64,000 bases of DNA from Thermoproteota archaeon. Lineage in GTDB: Archaea > Korarchaeota > Korarchaeia > Korarchaeales > Korarchaeaceae. Of the stretch, positions 9,856 to 19,542 are shown piece by piece. The translations under genes and the position numbers were made by a program. The DNA is taken from positions 32,001 to 96,000 of the forward strand of contig JAOZFI010000036.1 in assembly GCA_027491395.1 (NCBI GenBank), given 5' to 3'. Positions within the stretch are counted from its first letter, which is position 1; each line of letters opens with the position of its first letter. The notes under the pieces are model-generated. The model ran no database searches. It was not told the DNA's origin and saw only the letters and a program-made list of their open reading frames with translations.

Positions 9856-10557
9856 GTGTCAACGATGTTCCTCTCTAAAAAGGCGAACCTGAAAGGTGTA
9901 TCTCTGGAGGGGGATGTGACGGTCATCGGTCCCTCATCCATAGGCCTAGGCACGGTTTTGGGGATGTATTCCGTTGTTGGGTACCCCACTTACCGCAAGA
10001 TCAGGTCCTTAGGAGAGAAGGACCTGACATCTTACGATGACCTGAGCGAGGGAGCCGTTATTGGAGAGAACTGCTTTCTGAGAAGTCACTCAGTCGTATA
10101 CGAGAGGGTGAAAATAGGGAACAGAGTTCAGACGGGACATGCCGTCCTCATAAGGGAAGACACGATCATAGGGGATGGGACCGTCGTGGGAACCCATGCA
10201 GTTGTAGACGGGAGAGTGATCATTGGGAAGAGAGTCAGCATACAGAGCGGCACCTACATACCGCCAGAGAGCAATATAGGGGATCGCGTATTCTTGGCTC
10301 CATTCGTCGTCATAACCAACGATAAGTATCCGGCGAGCAAGAGGCTGCTCGGAGTAACTGTAGAGGACGATGCCGTTATCGGTGCCAATGCGGTGTTGAT
10401 ATCAGGAGTCAGAATAGGTGAGGGTGCCGTTGTGGCTTCAGGAGCCGTCGTCACGAGGGATGTACCCCCAAGGAAGGTCGCTATCGGAGTTCCAGCCAGA
10501 GTAGTTATGGACAGAGAGGAATATGAGAGGAAGAAAAGGGAGTACGAGGAAGGTTAG
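9856..10557 (+). CDS. Left-handed beta-helix (hexapeptide repeat) acetyltransferase, probably acting on a nucleotide sugar
   Basis: Repeated IG/VG hexapeptides, TNDKYP, VVTRDVP; alternative ATG at 9865. Confidence 0.85.
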   Translation: MSTMFLSKKANLKGVSLEGDVTVIGPSSIGLGTVLGMYSVVGYPTYRKIRSLGEKDLTSYDDLSEGAVIGENCFLRSHSVVYERVKIGNRVQTGHAVLIREDTIIGDGTVVGTHAVVDGRVIIGKRVSIQSGTYIPPESNIGDRVFLAPFVVITNDKYPASKRLLGVTVEDDAVIGANAVLISGVRIGEGAVVASGAVVTRDVPPRKVAIGVPARVVMDREEYERKKREYEEG

Positions 10558-11567
10558 ATGTCCTCTATACCTCCTTCAGTTATGACGACCTCAACCGTTC
10601 CCTCCGGAAGGTAGGGACTCTTGACCAGCTTGACCACTCTGCGGTCCTTCTTCCCCCTCTTTATGTAGAGCCTAGCCGTTACGCCATGGCCCAATACATG
10701 ACCACCTGCGGGCCTGTTAGGATCTCCAAAGAAGGCGCTGGGATCGGCCACCACCTGATTTGTAACTATGACCGCCAGATTGTATCCCAGAGCCAGCTTG
10801 AGCAGCTTGTGAAGGTACTTGTTGAGCTTCTGCTGCCTCTCGGCGAGAGTCTCCCTGCCCACGTATTCTCCTCTGAAGTGGCTTATCAGGGAGTCCACGA
10901 TTATCAACCCTATGTTCCTCTCCTTTATGTAAGGCTCTGCCCTCTCCGTTACTATCATCTGGTGATCACTAGTGAACGCTCTCGCGTACAGTATGTTCTT
11001 CAGGGCCTTTTCCGGATCCAATCCAAACCTCTCAGCTATCTGTATTATCCTCTCTGGCCTGAATGTTCCCTCCGTATCGATGAAGAGAGCTGCTCTTCCT
11101 AGACCACCCTTATCCTCCGAAAGCTGGACTGTGACCGCCATCTGATGAGCGAACTGCGTTTTTCCGGATCCGTAGGGACCGTATATCTCCGTGATCGACT
11201 GGGTCTCAACACCCCCTCCTAGTAATTCATCCAATGCCTTGGAACCAGTTGTTATCCTCTGAACCATCTTCCTCTGCTGATAGTAATCATAAGCGGACAT
11301 GACATCGATATTCAACTTAGATCTCGCGGCCTGTATTATCTTCTGGGCCACACCTTCGCCTATCCCCGCGTAAACGGCCAGTTCAGCTGGGGTAGACATG
11401 GCTATGGACTCCAACGTGGTGTAGCCAGCTTCCATGAGCCTCTTAGCAGTGGCGGGGCCGACCCCCTCTAGATCGGTTAGATCGAACTCATCTCCCGCAC
11501 TCACCTCTTCGTAGTAAGTTTCATCAATCTCATCAGGCGCTTCCTCCTGAGGTTCCTCTTTGACCAC
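10554..11567 (-). CDS. radA: DNA repair and recombination protein RadA
   Basis: N-terminal HhH domain, Walker A GPYGSGKT, DTEGTFRPER, LAERQQKL; no intein. Confidence 0.97.
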   Translation of the reverse strand: MVKEEPQEEAPDEIDETYYEEVSAGDEFDLTDLEGVGPATAKRLMEAGYTTLESIAMSTPAELAVYAGIGEGVAQKIIQAARSKLNIDVMSAYDYYQQRKMVQRITTGSKALDELLGGGVETQSITEIYGPYGSGKTQFAHQMAVTVQLSEDKGGLGRAALFIDTEGTFRPERIIQIAERFGLDPEKALKNILYARAFTSDHQMIVTERAEPYIKERNIGLIIVDSLISHFRGEYVGRETLAERQQKLNKYLHKLLKLALGYNLAVIVTNQVVADPSAFFGDPNRPAGGHVLGHGVTARLYIKRGKKDRRVVKLVKSPYLPEGTVEVVITEGGIEDI

Positions 11568-11678
11568 CTTCTTCCTCGGTATCCCTAATCACCTTCCCAT
11601 AGTTGGGGGATGTGAGGGGATATTTAACTATCACATATCTGAGAAACCCTCGCTTGCTGTTTCTGGGATCAGGTCGTT

Positions 11679-12086
11679 CTACAACGAAGGTTCCCTTTCC
11701 GAGATCTCTACTTTTTCACCACCTTCTTCATCCTCCAAGGGCTCCTCAGGATTGAAAGGGTCACTTCTGTGCTTCAGCATATATGAACCAACGATGATAG
11801 AGAGTATGAAGGTGAGCATACCTTCCGAAGGAAGCGCCGGGATGAGAAACAACCCCAGAATCGCTAACACGATATAGAAAATAGATAATAGAAGTATGGC
11901 TCGTTCATCTCCCCTGAACACGAATGCAGAGACCAAGATCAGCAACACTGAGGTGATAATTCCCAACGAGGAGGGCAGAGGATTGCTTTTAAGGACTTGT
12001 ATCGAAAGATAGGCGATCCCCAGCGACAAGATCAGCGTAAGAAGGGCGGATACCGCCATTCCTAGACGTAATCTCATCTCACACAC
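11679..12086 (-). CDS. Hypothetical membrane protein (about 4 TM helices)
   Basis: Four hydrophobic segments and an acidic tail; coupled to the prs stop. Confidence 0.65.
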   Translation of the reverse strand: MCEMRLRLGMAVSALLTLILSLGIAYLSIQVLKSNPLPSSLGIITSVLLILVSAFVFRGDERAILLLSIFYIVLAILGLFLIPALPSEGMLTFILSIIVGSYMLKHRSDPFNPEEPLEDEEGGEKVEISEREPSL

Positions 12087-12975
12087 CCTGAACGGCTTCG
12101 GCGATTGATCCCACCACCGACGCCTTGGAGCCTGACCATTCTATTGTGTCCGTGGCTATGATGATATCCGCTCCGGCTCCTAGTATTCTATCCACTGCCT
12201 TGGGCGCGAGGACCGGATGTACAAAAGCCGATACAACAATCCTAGCGCCCATTCTCTTTACCTCTTTCACGGCATTCGCCATCGTCCCTCCAGTGGATAC
12301 CATATCATCAACAACTATCACATCCCTACCTGAGAGATCTATCTCCTTAACATGAGTCTTTATCTCACCAGTAGCGACATCCCTTTCCTTCTTGAATGCG
12401 TCGAACTCCTCAGTCCCGTAGTAGTGAGCCAACTCCCTAGCCCAGTGTATGCTCTCGGTATCCGGCCCCAATATGAAGGGATCTCTAAGGGGCAGCTCCT
12501 TAATCTTGTCAGCGAGCGCTTCAAAGCCGCTCACGTTCACAGCCTTTGCTCCCTCGAAAAGCTCGGAGAATCCTCCAATCCTGTGGAGATGCACCGTAAC
12601 GCTGATTACAGCATCAGCTCCAGCCGCCTCAAGTAGCCCCCCCAAGTACTTAGAGCTCAAGGGCTCTCCCGCCCTGAATATAGCATCCTGCCGAGCGTAA
12701 GGGAAATACGGCATGACGAGAATTATGGACTTAGCACCCATATGTTCCTTAAGATTCCTTAGCGTGAAGAGAACCTCCATCAAGTATCTGTTGGGAGATC
12801 CGCTGCCTGCCTCCATTCTAATGGAGAGAACGACGTCTTCATCCCGGGTATCCCCCAATACCCTTGGACATACCTCTCCATCTGGGAATACCCTCCTATC
12901 TAAAGCCACTAATTCCACATCGAGATTCTTAGCGAGCCTAATGTTGAAATCGTCGTTGGGGCCAACTAGTAGCAT
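12079..12975 (-). CDS. prs: Ribose-phosphate pyrophosphokinase
   Basis: FPDGE, PYFPYARQD and VDDMVSTGGT motifs; start reset to ATG 12975 because the longer ORF overlaps tmk. Confidence 0.93.
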   Translation of the reverse strand: MLLVGPNDDFNIRLAKNLDVELVALDRRVFPDGEVCPRVLGDTRDEDVVLSIRMEAGSGSPNRYLMEVLFTLRNLKEHMGAKSIILVMPYFPYARQDAIFRAGEPLSSKYLGGLLEAAGADAVISVTVHLHRIGGFSELFEGAKAVNVSGFEALADKIKELPLRDPFILGPDTESIHWARELAHYYGTEEFDAFKKERDVATGEIKTHVKEIDLSGRDVIVVDDMVSTGGTMANAVKEVKRMGARIVVSAFVHPVLAPKAVDRILGAGADIIIATDTIEWSGSKASVVGSIAEAVQGV

Positions 12976-13026
12976 ATGCTGAGGGCACAATGCGAGATTA
13001 AAAAGTAGTCGAAATGGATCCAGAAG

Positions 13027-13611
13027 ATGCTCATAGCCTTTGAGGGTATAGACGGGTCTGGTAAAACGACCATAAGTACTAGAATCAATGAAGAGCTGGA
13101 GAGAAGGGGCATAAGGTCTCACTGGACGACGGAGCCGACCGACGGTCCAATAGGTAGGATCATACGTGAAGTACTAGAGGGGAGGATGGAGGTCGACCAC
13201 AGAACGCTGGCTCTACTCTTCGCCGCTGATAGAATGCAGCATGTGATTCAGTTGGAAGATCTTCTAGAGAAAGGCTACACGGTCATAAGCGACAGGTACC
13301 TCTTATCATCACTAGCATATCAGGGGTGCGATCTCCCGATGGAGTGGGTTCGGGAGATAAATAAGTGGGCTCTGCTGCCTGATTTAGTGATATACTTGGA
13401 CTTGGATCCTGCATTAGCCTTGGAGCGCGTTAAAGAGAAGCAACTATTTCACACTCTGCACAAATTGAGGTCGATCAGGGCCAATTACCTCAGTCTGATA
13501 AGGGAGGAGGAGTGGTCCAGTAGGACCGTAGTGGTGGATGCAAGTAGGGGAGAGGAAGAGGTCTTCCAAACAGTTCTTAATATCATCTTGAAGAAGCTCG
13601 AGGTGGTTTGA
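13027..13611 (+). CDS. tmk: Thymidylate kinase
   Basis: FEGIDGSGKTT P-loop, LFAADR, DRYLLSSLAYQ. Confidence 0.95.
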   Translation: MLIAFEGIDGSGKTTISTRINEELERRGIRSHWTTEPTDGPIGRIIREVLEGRMEVDHRTLALLFAADRMQHVIQLEDLLEKGYTVISDRYLLSSLAYQGCDLPMEWVREINKWALLPDLVIYLDLDPALALERVKEKQLFHTLHKLRSIRANYLSLIREEEWSSRTVVVDASRGEEEVFQTVLNIILKKLEVV

Positions 13612-14534
13612 TGAAATTCTTGGCCATTGGGAATGCGAACATCGACGTAACCACGTTTATAGAGAGAATACCCGATCAGGATGAGGCCATAGACGCCCTA
13701 GCAGCCACGATGAGCGCGGGAGGATCGGCTTCCAACTTCGCTCTGGCCGCCGCTAGGCTGGGAATTGAGGTTTTCGTCATTGCCTCTCTGGGCGATGACT
13801 CCCTAGGGAAGATCTATCTAAGGACCATGGAGGAGGGAGGAGTTGATACCTCTCACATCAAAATAACAGAGGGCAGGAGAACGGGACTTGTAGTCATAAT
13901 CAACGTTTTAGGAGAGAGCAGAAGGATGATAGAGAGCCCGGGAGCTAATGAAGAGCTTTCCCCAGTAGATATAGTTGAGAGAAGCGAGCTGATTCGATCA
14001 GTAGATGAAGTGCACATGGCCAGCGTCAGAGTACCCATAGCCAGAGCGGTCTTGGAGGTGAGGAAGGGAGTATCTTGGGATCCCGGGATTAGGATACTCT
14101 CTAAAAACAGGGATGATTGCTGGAAGCTACTAGGTGGGGTGGGAAAGATCTTTCTTAACGAGAAGGAGGCAACAGTCCTATCTGGGGAAAGAGATCCAGA
14201 GCTAGCTGCCCGAAAGATAGGAAGAGAAGGACCAGAAGAAGTTCTCATAAAGATGGGTCCTAAGGGATCGCTTGCTTGGGTTGAAGGAACCCTGTGCCAT
14301 GTGAAAGCCGTCCCCGTAAACGTAGTTGATACGACCGGAGCAGGGGATGTGTTCGCGGCTGCTTACCTAACCTCAAGGGCTAAAGGCTTCTCTCCAGTGA
14401 AATCCATAAGATTAGCCAACTCTGCGGCAGCCCTGACTATTTCAAGGCCCGGAACGGCCTATGGAATGCCCGTATGGGACGAGATAGCGGCCATGGAGTT
14501 CATCTCGTACGGGAAGGGTGATAATGAGTGCTAA
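13608..14534 (+). CDS. PfkB/ribokinase family carbohydrate or nucleoside kinase
   Basis: GGSASN and DTTGAGDVF PfkB signatures. Confidence 0.9.
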   Translation: MMKFLAIGNANIDVTTFIERIPDQDEAIDALAATMSAGGSASNFALAAARLGIEVFVIASLGDDSLGKIYLRTMEEGGVDTSHIKITEGRRTGLVVIINVLGESRRMIESPGANEELSPVDIVERSELIRSVDEVHMASVRVPIARAVLEVRKGVSWDPGIRILSKNRDDCWKLLGGVGKIFLNEKEATVLSGERDPELAARKIGREGPEEVLIKMGPKGSLAWVEGTLCHVKAVPVNVVDTTGAGDVFAAAYLTSRAKGFSPVKSIRLANSAAALTISRPGTAYGMPVWDEIAAMEFISYGKGDNEC

Positions 14535-14585
14535 CACAGTAGAATTTTGTAAATCCTTTTTAAATATCCTCGCGAGGAGAGTCCG

Positions 14586-15584
14586 ATGGAGGAGGCAGGA
14601 AGGACTCCGAAAATAGGCAGGAAGAGCCTGCTCTTGCTTATACTCGGCATAGCTCTTATGATACCCCTACTTGCCACCTTCGATCTAAGTGAGGCGGTGA
14701 GCAGCCTTCGTACTATAGGGATAGTTCCTGTAGTCCTTTCCTTCCTCTCGATACATGTGGGGGTCCTGTTCTACAACTTGGGGTGGTACATCCTATTAGA
14801 TAGGAGAGCCAGCTTCATGGATGTCTTCCTAATAGGGTGGACCAGCCTGTTCATAAACCTACTAATACCGGCTGGTTCAGCCACAGGAGAAGTAGCCAGA
14901 GCCTATCTGATCAATAGAAAATCTAAGATTCCTATAGGGCATGCTGTGTCCACTATTGTAGCCCACAGGGTCGTCATGATAATACCATTCGTGGTCAGCA
15001 TAGTACTTGGTTTCTCCTACTTAGTGGGATCGTCCGGCGTGGGACATAGCACTCTTACCACCATCTTCTTGGCGATTGGTCTCCTGATAGTGACCTTCTA
15101 TCTCATTTACAGAGTTAGCATGGACGAAAGCAGCATGCTCAGATTGATATCCTTCTTTGAACGGAGGCTTCGAAGAGATCTTGGGAAGATAAAGGAGATG
15201 GTGAGAGAATATTCTAGGGCATTCAGGGAGCTCATGAGGAACAGGAGAGCACTAGGTCTCTCCCTGCTCTGCGCGTTCCTCAACTGGTTCTTCGACATGC
15301 TACCGATTTTCATCTACTTCTACGCCCTCGGCTACTGGATAGATCCTCTCATGGGAATCCTAATATACTCAGTGTCTATCATTATGGTCCTTATTCCCAT
15401 AGGAATCCCTGGGAACACCGGAGTGAGAGAATGGGTGATGACGGGCCTCTTATCTGCAATGGGATTCAGTAAGGGTGATGCCCTCGCTATAACGCTAGTT
15501 TCCTCCACTATAACCGTGTTCCTTAACGAACTCATATTCGGCTTCCTAGCATACCTCCTTGTCCTTAAGGGGATGTCCAAGTAA
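14586..15584 (+). CDS. Flippase-like membrane protein (lysylphosphatidylglycerol synthase TM domain / UPF0104)
   Basis: Multi-pass TM protein with PAGSATGEVAR and PGNTGVRE motifs. Confidence 0.8.
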   Translation: MEEAGRTPKIGRKSLLLLILGIALMIPLLATFDLSEAVSSLRTIGIVPVVLSFLSIHVGVLFYNLGWYILLDRRASFMDVFLIGWTSLFINLLIPAGSATGEVARAYLINRKSKIPIGHAVSTIVAHRVVMIIPFVVSIVLGFSYLVGSSGVGHSTLTTIFLAIGLLIVTFYLIYRVSMDESSMLRLISFFERRLRRDLGKIKEMVREYSRAFRELMRNRRALGLSLLCAFLNWFFDMLPIFIYFYALGYWIDPLMGILIYSVSIIMVLIPIGIPGNTGVREWVMTGLLSAMGFSKGDALAITLVSSTITVFLNELIFGFLAYLLVLKGMSK

Positions 15585-15642
15585 ATCCCCATATTTCGAA
15601 AGTTTTTCAGTAAAGCTCCTCCTTACTGTTCGGGTGCATGTC

Positions 15643-16812
15643 ATGCCTAAGTTTGCAGAGAGGATGAACTCGTTAGGAGTAGAGGGAGCATTCATAGTCT
15701 TGGCCAAGGCTAGAGAGCTTGAGAGGCAGGGGAAGAGTGTAATTCACTTGGAAATAGGGGAGCCCGGTTATCAGCCACCTAAACACGTGCTGGAGGCTAC
15801 TAAGAAGGCGATTGATGAGGGAAAGACCAAGTACACACCCGCATCTGGGATATATGAGCTTAGAGAGGCGATTGCCGAGAGGGTCTCGAGCAGCAGGGGC
15901 GTGAAGGTCGAGCCTGAGAATGTGGTCGTGACCGTCGGTGCCAAGATGTCCATATTCGCCGCCCTGATGGCCTTCGTAGATCCTGGAGATGAGGTAATAA
16001 TTCCCATGCCAGCATACCCCTCATACGAGAGTGTAACTAAGTTTGTTGGCGGTGTAGTCAAGCCGGTGGTACTCAAAGAGGAGAGAAAGTTCTCGCCTGA
16101 TGTTAACGACATCTTGGAGAAGGTAACTGATAAGACCAAGGCCATAGTGATAAACACTCCCAGTAACCCCACAGGAGGCATTTACAGAAGGGAGGATCTG
16201 GAAGAGATCGTGAGTCTAGCTCTCAAGAGGGATGTACTGATAATCTCCGACGAGATATATGAGGATATAATATTCGATGGGAGGAAGCACGAGAGCGTTC
16301 TGTCTATAGCTGGTGCCGAAGAGGTAACTGTGCTAGTGAGCGGTTTCAGCAAGACTTGGGCAATGACAGGGTACAGGCTCGGCTACGCCGTGGCGAAGGA
16401 GGATATAGCCCAGAAGATAGCTCAGATTCAACTAAATGCGGCTTCCTGTCCCGTTCATTTCGCCCAAGTGGCGGCTGTGGAGGCTATAAGGGGTCCGCAG
16501 GATGAGGTAGAGAGGATGGTTAAGGACTACGAGAAGAAAAGGGACATCATCTACGAGGAGATACAGAAGATCGAAGGTTTCTCAATGATAAAACCTGCAG
16601 GGACGTTCTACGCATTTCCCAACATAAAAGGAACCGGAATGTCCTCGGAAGAATTAGCTGATAGATTGCTGAACGAGGCAGGAGTTGCGTTACTACCTGG
16701 AACTGCCTTCGGAGAATCGGGGGAGGGCTTCCTTAGGATATCATTCGCTGGCCCCATGGAGGATATAGTTGAGGGGATGAAGAGGATAAGGGAGTTTGTG
16801 AGTTCCCTGTAA
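15643..16812 (+). CDS. Class I PLP-dependent aminotransferase (aspartate aminotransferase-like)
   Basis: IGEP, NTPSNPTG, SDEIYE and SKTWAMTGYRLG (PLP lysine); start reset to ATG 15643. Confidence 0.92.
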   Translation: MPKFAERMNSLGVEGAFIVLAKARELERQGKSVIHLEIGEPGYQPPKHVLEATKKAIDEGKTKYTPASGIYELREAIAERVSSSRGVKVEPENVVVTVGAKMSIFAALMAFVDPGDEVIIPMPAYPSYESVTKFVGGVVKPVVLKEERKFSPDVNDILEKVTDKTKAIVINTPSNPTGGIYRREDLEEIVSLALKRDVLIISDEIYEDIIFDGRKHESVLSIAGAEEVTVLVSGFSKTWAMTGYRLGYAVAKEDIAQKIAQIQLNAASCPVHFAQVAAVEAIRGPQDEVERMVKDYEKKRDIIYEEIQKIEGFSMIKPAGTFYAFPNIKGTGMSSEELADRLLNEAGVALLPGTAFGESGEGFLRISFAGPMEDIVEGMKRIREFVSSL

Positions 16813-16814
16813 CC

Positions 16815-17330
16815 CTATAGATCTAAAACCTCCACACTCCTTTCCCCTGTTTCTAAAATCGCAACGGTTCTTCTCCCCGTAAGCTTTCCACATGACTCAC
16901 CCGGATTTATCACCAGCGCGTCCCCCACCTCCTCCACGTGGACCTCGTGGGTGTGGCCGTACAACACGAAGTCGAACTTCCCGCTCTTAGCCAGCTGGAT
17001 GGCTGATAACTTGGTTAATTCCTTTGAGCCAAATCCGTGGAACAACAGGGCCTTTTTCTCGCTGAGGAGTACTTCTACAGGTCCTGGATAATATGCTCCC
17101 TCATTCTCCAGAGCCGAGATGGTGGTGAGCGCCTCAGCGTCATTGTTCCCTCTGAGGAGGCGGAAGGATATTCCCGAGTTTATTATGGGCTTCAATGAGA
17201 AAGGAGAGATCAAGTCACCTAGATGTATTATCTCGTCAACACCCATCCTCTGAAAGATCTCCACAGCCCTCTCTATCGACTCTAGGTCATCATGAGAGTC
17301 GGATATTATCCCCACAAGCAAGCACATCAC
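16815..17330 (-). CDS. Metallophosphoesterase (YfcE/MJ0936 family)
   Basis: SDSHD, HLGD, GNND, GHTH and NPGE motifs. Confidence 0.9.
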   Translation of the reverse strand: MMCLLVGIISDSHDDLESIERAVEIFQRMGVDEIIHLGDLISPFSLKPIINSGISFRLLRGNNDAEALTTISALENEGAYYPGPVEVLLSEKKALLFHGFGSKELTKLSAIQLAKSGKFDFVLYGHTHEVHVEEVGDALVINPGESCGKLTGRRTVAILETGERSVEVLDL

Positions 17331-18092
17331 CTAACCCTGAAGCAACCCGTCCCTCCTAAAAACTGGCGCGGTCTCCAGTACCCTCTTAATGTATTCGAGA
17401 CCCTCCGGGGATGAGAATAGGGGGAGTTCCCAATCAACGACGACCTCTTTCCTCTCCACCGGGCCGTATTCTGTATTCCTAATCCTGACGGTCTTCCTGA
17501 CGAGAACGCCCCTTCTCTGCCAGGCAGGTACCTTAGCAATATTGACTCCGAGCTTCTTGAAGATGAGTTCGTGGAGGTACTCCGATTTCTTTCCATGCAG
17601 TTCTTCGGCAGCCTTCTCCCTCGAGAGCCCTTCCTTCTCAAGGGACAGGAGCGCGTAGGAGTTCAGCGCGTTTCTCCACGCCTCATCCTGCCTCCAAGAT
17701 AGGTAACTCACCAGTTCGTCCTCGTCTCTGATGAGGACGATCCTCCCGTCGAAACTGGCTGCATATCCTAGGGCTAGGGAGGTCCGCGCTGAGATGAAAG
17801 AGGATACTATCGAAACGATCTTCTCCACTCTACCGTTCCACGGTAGAGGGGGTGCAAATAGGAGGGATATTTCATCGGAAAATATGTAAGCGAGAGCAAC
17901 TGGGAGGTTGCGCTCCATTAACTCCTCGGATGCATTGATCAAGGATCTCAATAATCTCTCGTCGTAGGGCCTCTCGAGCTCTAGCTCCTCGGCTAACTTC
18001 CTGAATCTCCATCCATCCACTCTCACGATTATGGGTATATCAACGGGAATGGATAAACGAGAGAATATCTCCCTGGACTTCCAATCAAGCAT
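17331..18092 (-). CDS. tRNA(His) guanylyltransferase Thg1-like protein (3'-5' polymerase)
   Basis: RVDGWRF, SDEISL, FDGR, WRQDEAWRN and PAWQRRG motifs. Confidence 0.9.
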   Translation of the reverse strand: MLDWKSREIFSRLSIPVDIPIIVRVDGWRFRKLAEELELERPYDERLLRSLINASEELMERNLPVALAYIFSDEISLLFAPPLPWNGRVEKIVSIVSSFISARTSLALGYAASFDGRIVLIRDEDELVSYLSWRQDEAWRNALNSYALLSLEKEGLSREKAAEELHGKKSEYLHELIFKKLGVNIAKVPAWQRRGVLVRKTVRIRNTEYGPVERKEVVVDWELPLFSSPEGLEYIKRVLETAPVFRRDGLLQG

Positions 18093-18093
18093 G

Positions 18094-18426
18094 CTACCCG
18101 CTCAGCCTTGATATCCTCTCGGCTATCTCGAGCACGGCTGATTCAACGTCTTCTCTGTCTGTCTCGAGGGTTATGATCCCCCTAGCCTCCACTATCTCCC
18201 TCAATTCAGCATCGAACTCCCTAGCTATTAGCACCTCGCAGTCCCTCAGTATCTCCAGAACGGAAGTAGGTCCCCTTTTACTTCCCTTTCTGGTATTGAC
18301 TCTCATCTCCACCTTGGTGGGACTTCTCCCTAGGACATCGTATATGGCGAAGAACTTGGCCTCGTGAAAGGGTCCTTCCTTCAGGGTTTTCCCATCATCT
18401 GTTGCGACGGCGACTCGGATCGGCAA
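18094..18426 (-). CDS. NifB/NifX (dinitrogenase Fe-Mo cofactor) family protein
   Basis: RVAVATDDG..GPF..AKFFAIYD and DCEVLIAREF pattern. Confidence 0.75.
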   Translation of the reverse strand: MPIRVAVATDDGKTLKEGPFHEAKFFAIYDVLGRSPTKVEMRVNTRKGSKRGPTSVLEILRDCEVLIAREFDAELREIVEARGIITLETDREDVESAVLEIAERISRLSG

Positions 18427-18480
18427 ATTATCTCATCCTCCCGGATGGACTATGTTTGAATAAGGAGACACAAGATATAA

Positions 18481-19542
18481 TCATGCCGCCGGAGGATTCG
18501 GTTGATTCCTTTGTAGGATTCTGGCTAGTGATTCTATGAACTCGCCCATACGATCGGAGTCCACTATCAGGGAGGAAAACCCTCTACCCCCGAACACCGA
18601 TCCCTCCATCTCCCCCATCGCCTCCCTAGTTAGAGGGAAGAGGTCCACTTGGGGATCGCCCGCTACATAGATCAGTCCCAATGGAGGATCGTAGAAATAA
18701 GATACAGCGAAAGGGAACCCCCTTTCATGAGCCACAAGCGAAACTACGAATCTCTGATAGGGTTCCTGAACCTCCCACCCGGTGAGGCTCCTCGATTCAA
18801 ATGTGGGTTCGTCGAGGAGGGAATCAATCTCCCTATTCACATCGGCGATCTTGGACCTGATCAGACTAGCCATGGCCGAGGTTCCGCTCAGGAACCAATC
18901 TGGATCATCGAACGATTCTCCTAGGGCTGAAGCTGCTAGGTAGATCCAATCCTCACCTAGGAAGGACGCCGCTACCAGCGCCTCCTGAACGGTCCTTATT
19001 GAATTCTCATCCAGCAGCTCAGGCCAGGAGAGACGCGCCCTTTCGAGCACACCTTCACATACTTCTGAGGTGCACTTCCCAAAGAACCCTCCAGAAGCCA
19101 CCCATGATAGGAGATCATTATTCTCATCAGCCTTTACGGCTATCAGGTATGCTAGGAGGCTTGTAGAAATTCCAGGAGAATCCAAGCTCATCCTGACAGT
19201 ATTCTCATAGCTCAATACAGGAGTTGAGCCGTGGTCCAGTATGATTACACTCCTATACAACTCGCTCGATACTTGAATGGGGCCCCTGCCGTGGGGAGGA
19301 AGATCCAAGAACATTAGAGAGTCACATCTCCCCGAACAACTCTCAATTACATCTATTGCGCTTTCCGGCGCTGACGTAATAAGCTCCGGCTCTATTCCAC
19401 GTTGGGACAGCACTTCCTCCATGATCACCGACGAGGAGATCCCATCCGGTGTAGGAGGAAATACTATGCCTGCCTTACTTACGCCCGCGAGTCCCGATTC
19501 CAGTAGCCTTAGGGCATTAGTGGCCCATTCATCAAGTTCCAT
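18481..19542 (-). CDS. Degenerate DHH-family (RecJ-like) protein
   Basis: Motif order DGISS / FLDLP / ILDHG / STSLLAY matches the DHH fold, but metal ligands are altered. Confidence 0.6.
   Translation of the reverse strand: MELDEWATNALRLLESGLAGVSKAGIVFPPTPDGISSSVIMEEVLSQRGIEPELITSAPESAIDVIESCSGRCDSLMFLDLPPHGRGPIQVSSELYRSVIILDHGSTPVLSYENTVRMSLDSPGISTSLLAYLIAVKADENNDLLSWVASGGFFGKCTSEVCEGVLERARLSWPELLDENSIRTVQEALVAASFLGEDWIYLAASALGESFDDPDWFLSGTSAMASLIRSKIADVNREIDSLLDEPTFESRSLTGWEVQEPYQRFVVSLVAHERGFPFAVSYFYDPPLGLIYVAGDPQVDLFPLTREAMGEMEGSVFGGRGFSSLIVDSDRMGEFIESLARILQRNQPNPPAA

Noticed and set aside
12976-13122. 49-aa N-terminal extension of prs in the ORF track
   Set aside because: It overlaps the divergent tmk gene and promoter; PRPP synthase homology starts at MLLVGP (12975)
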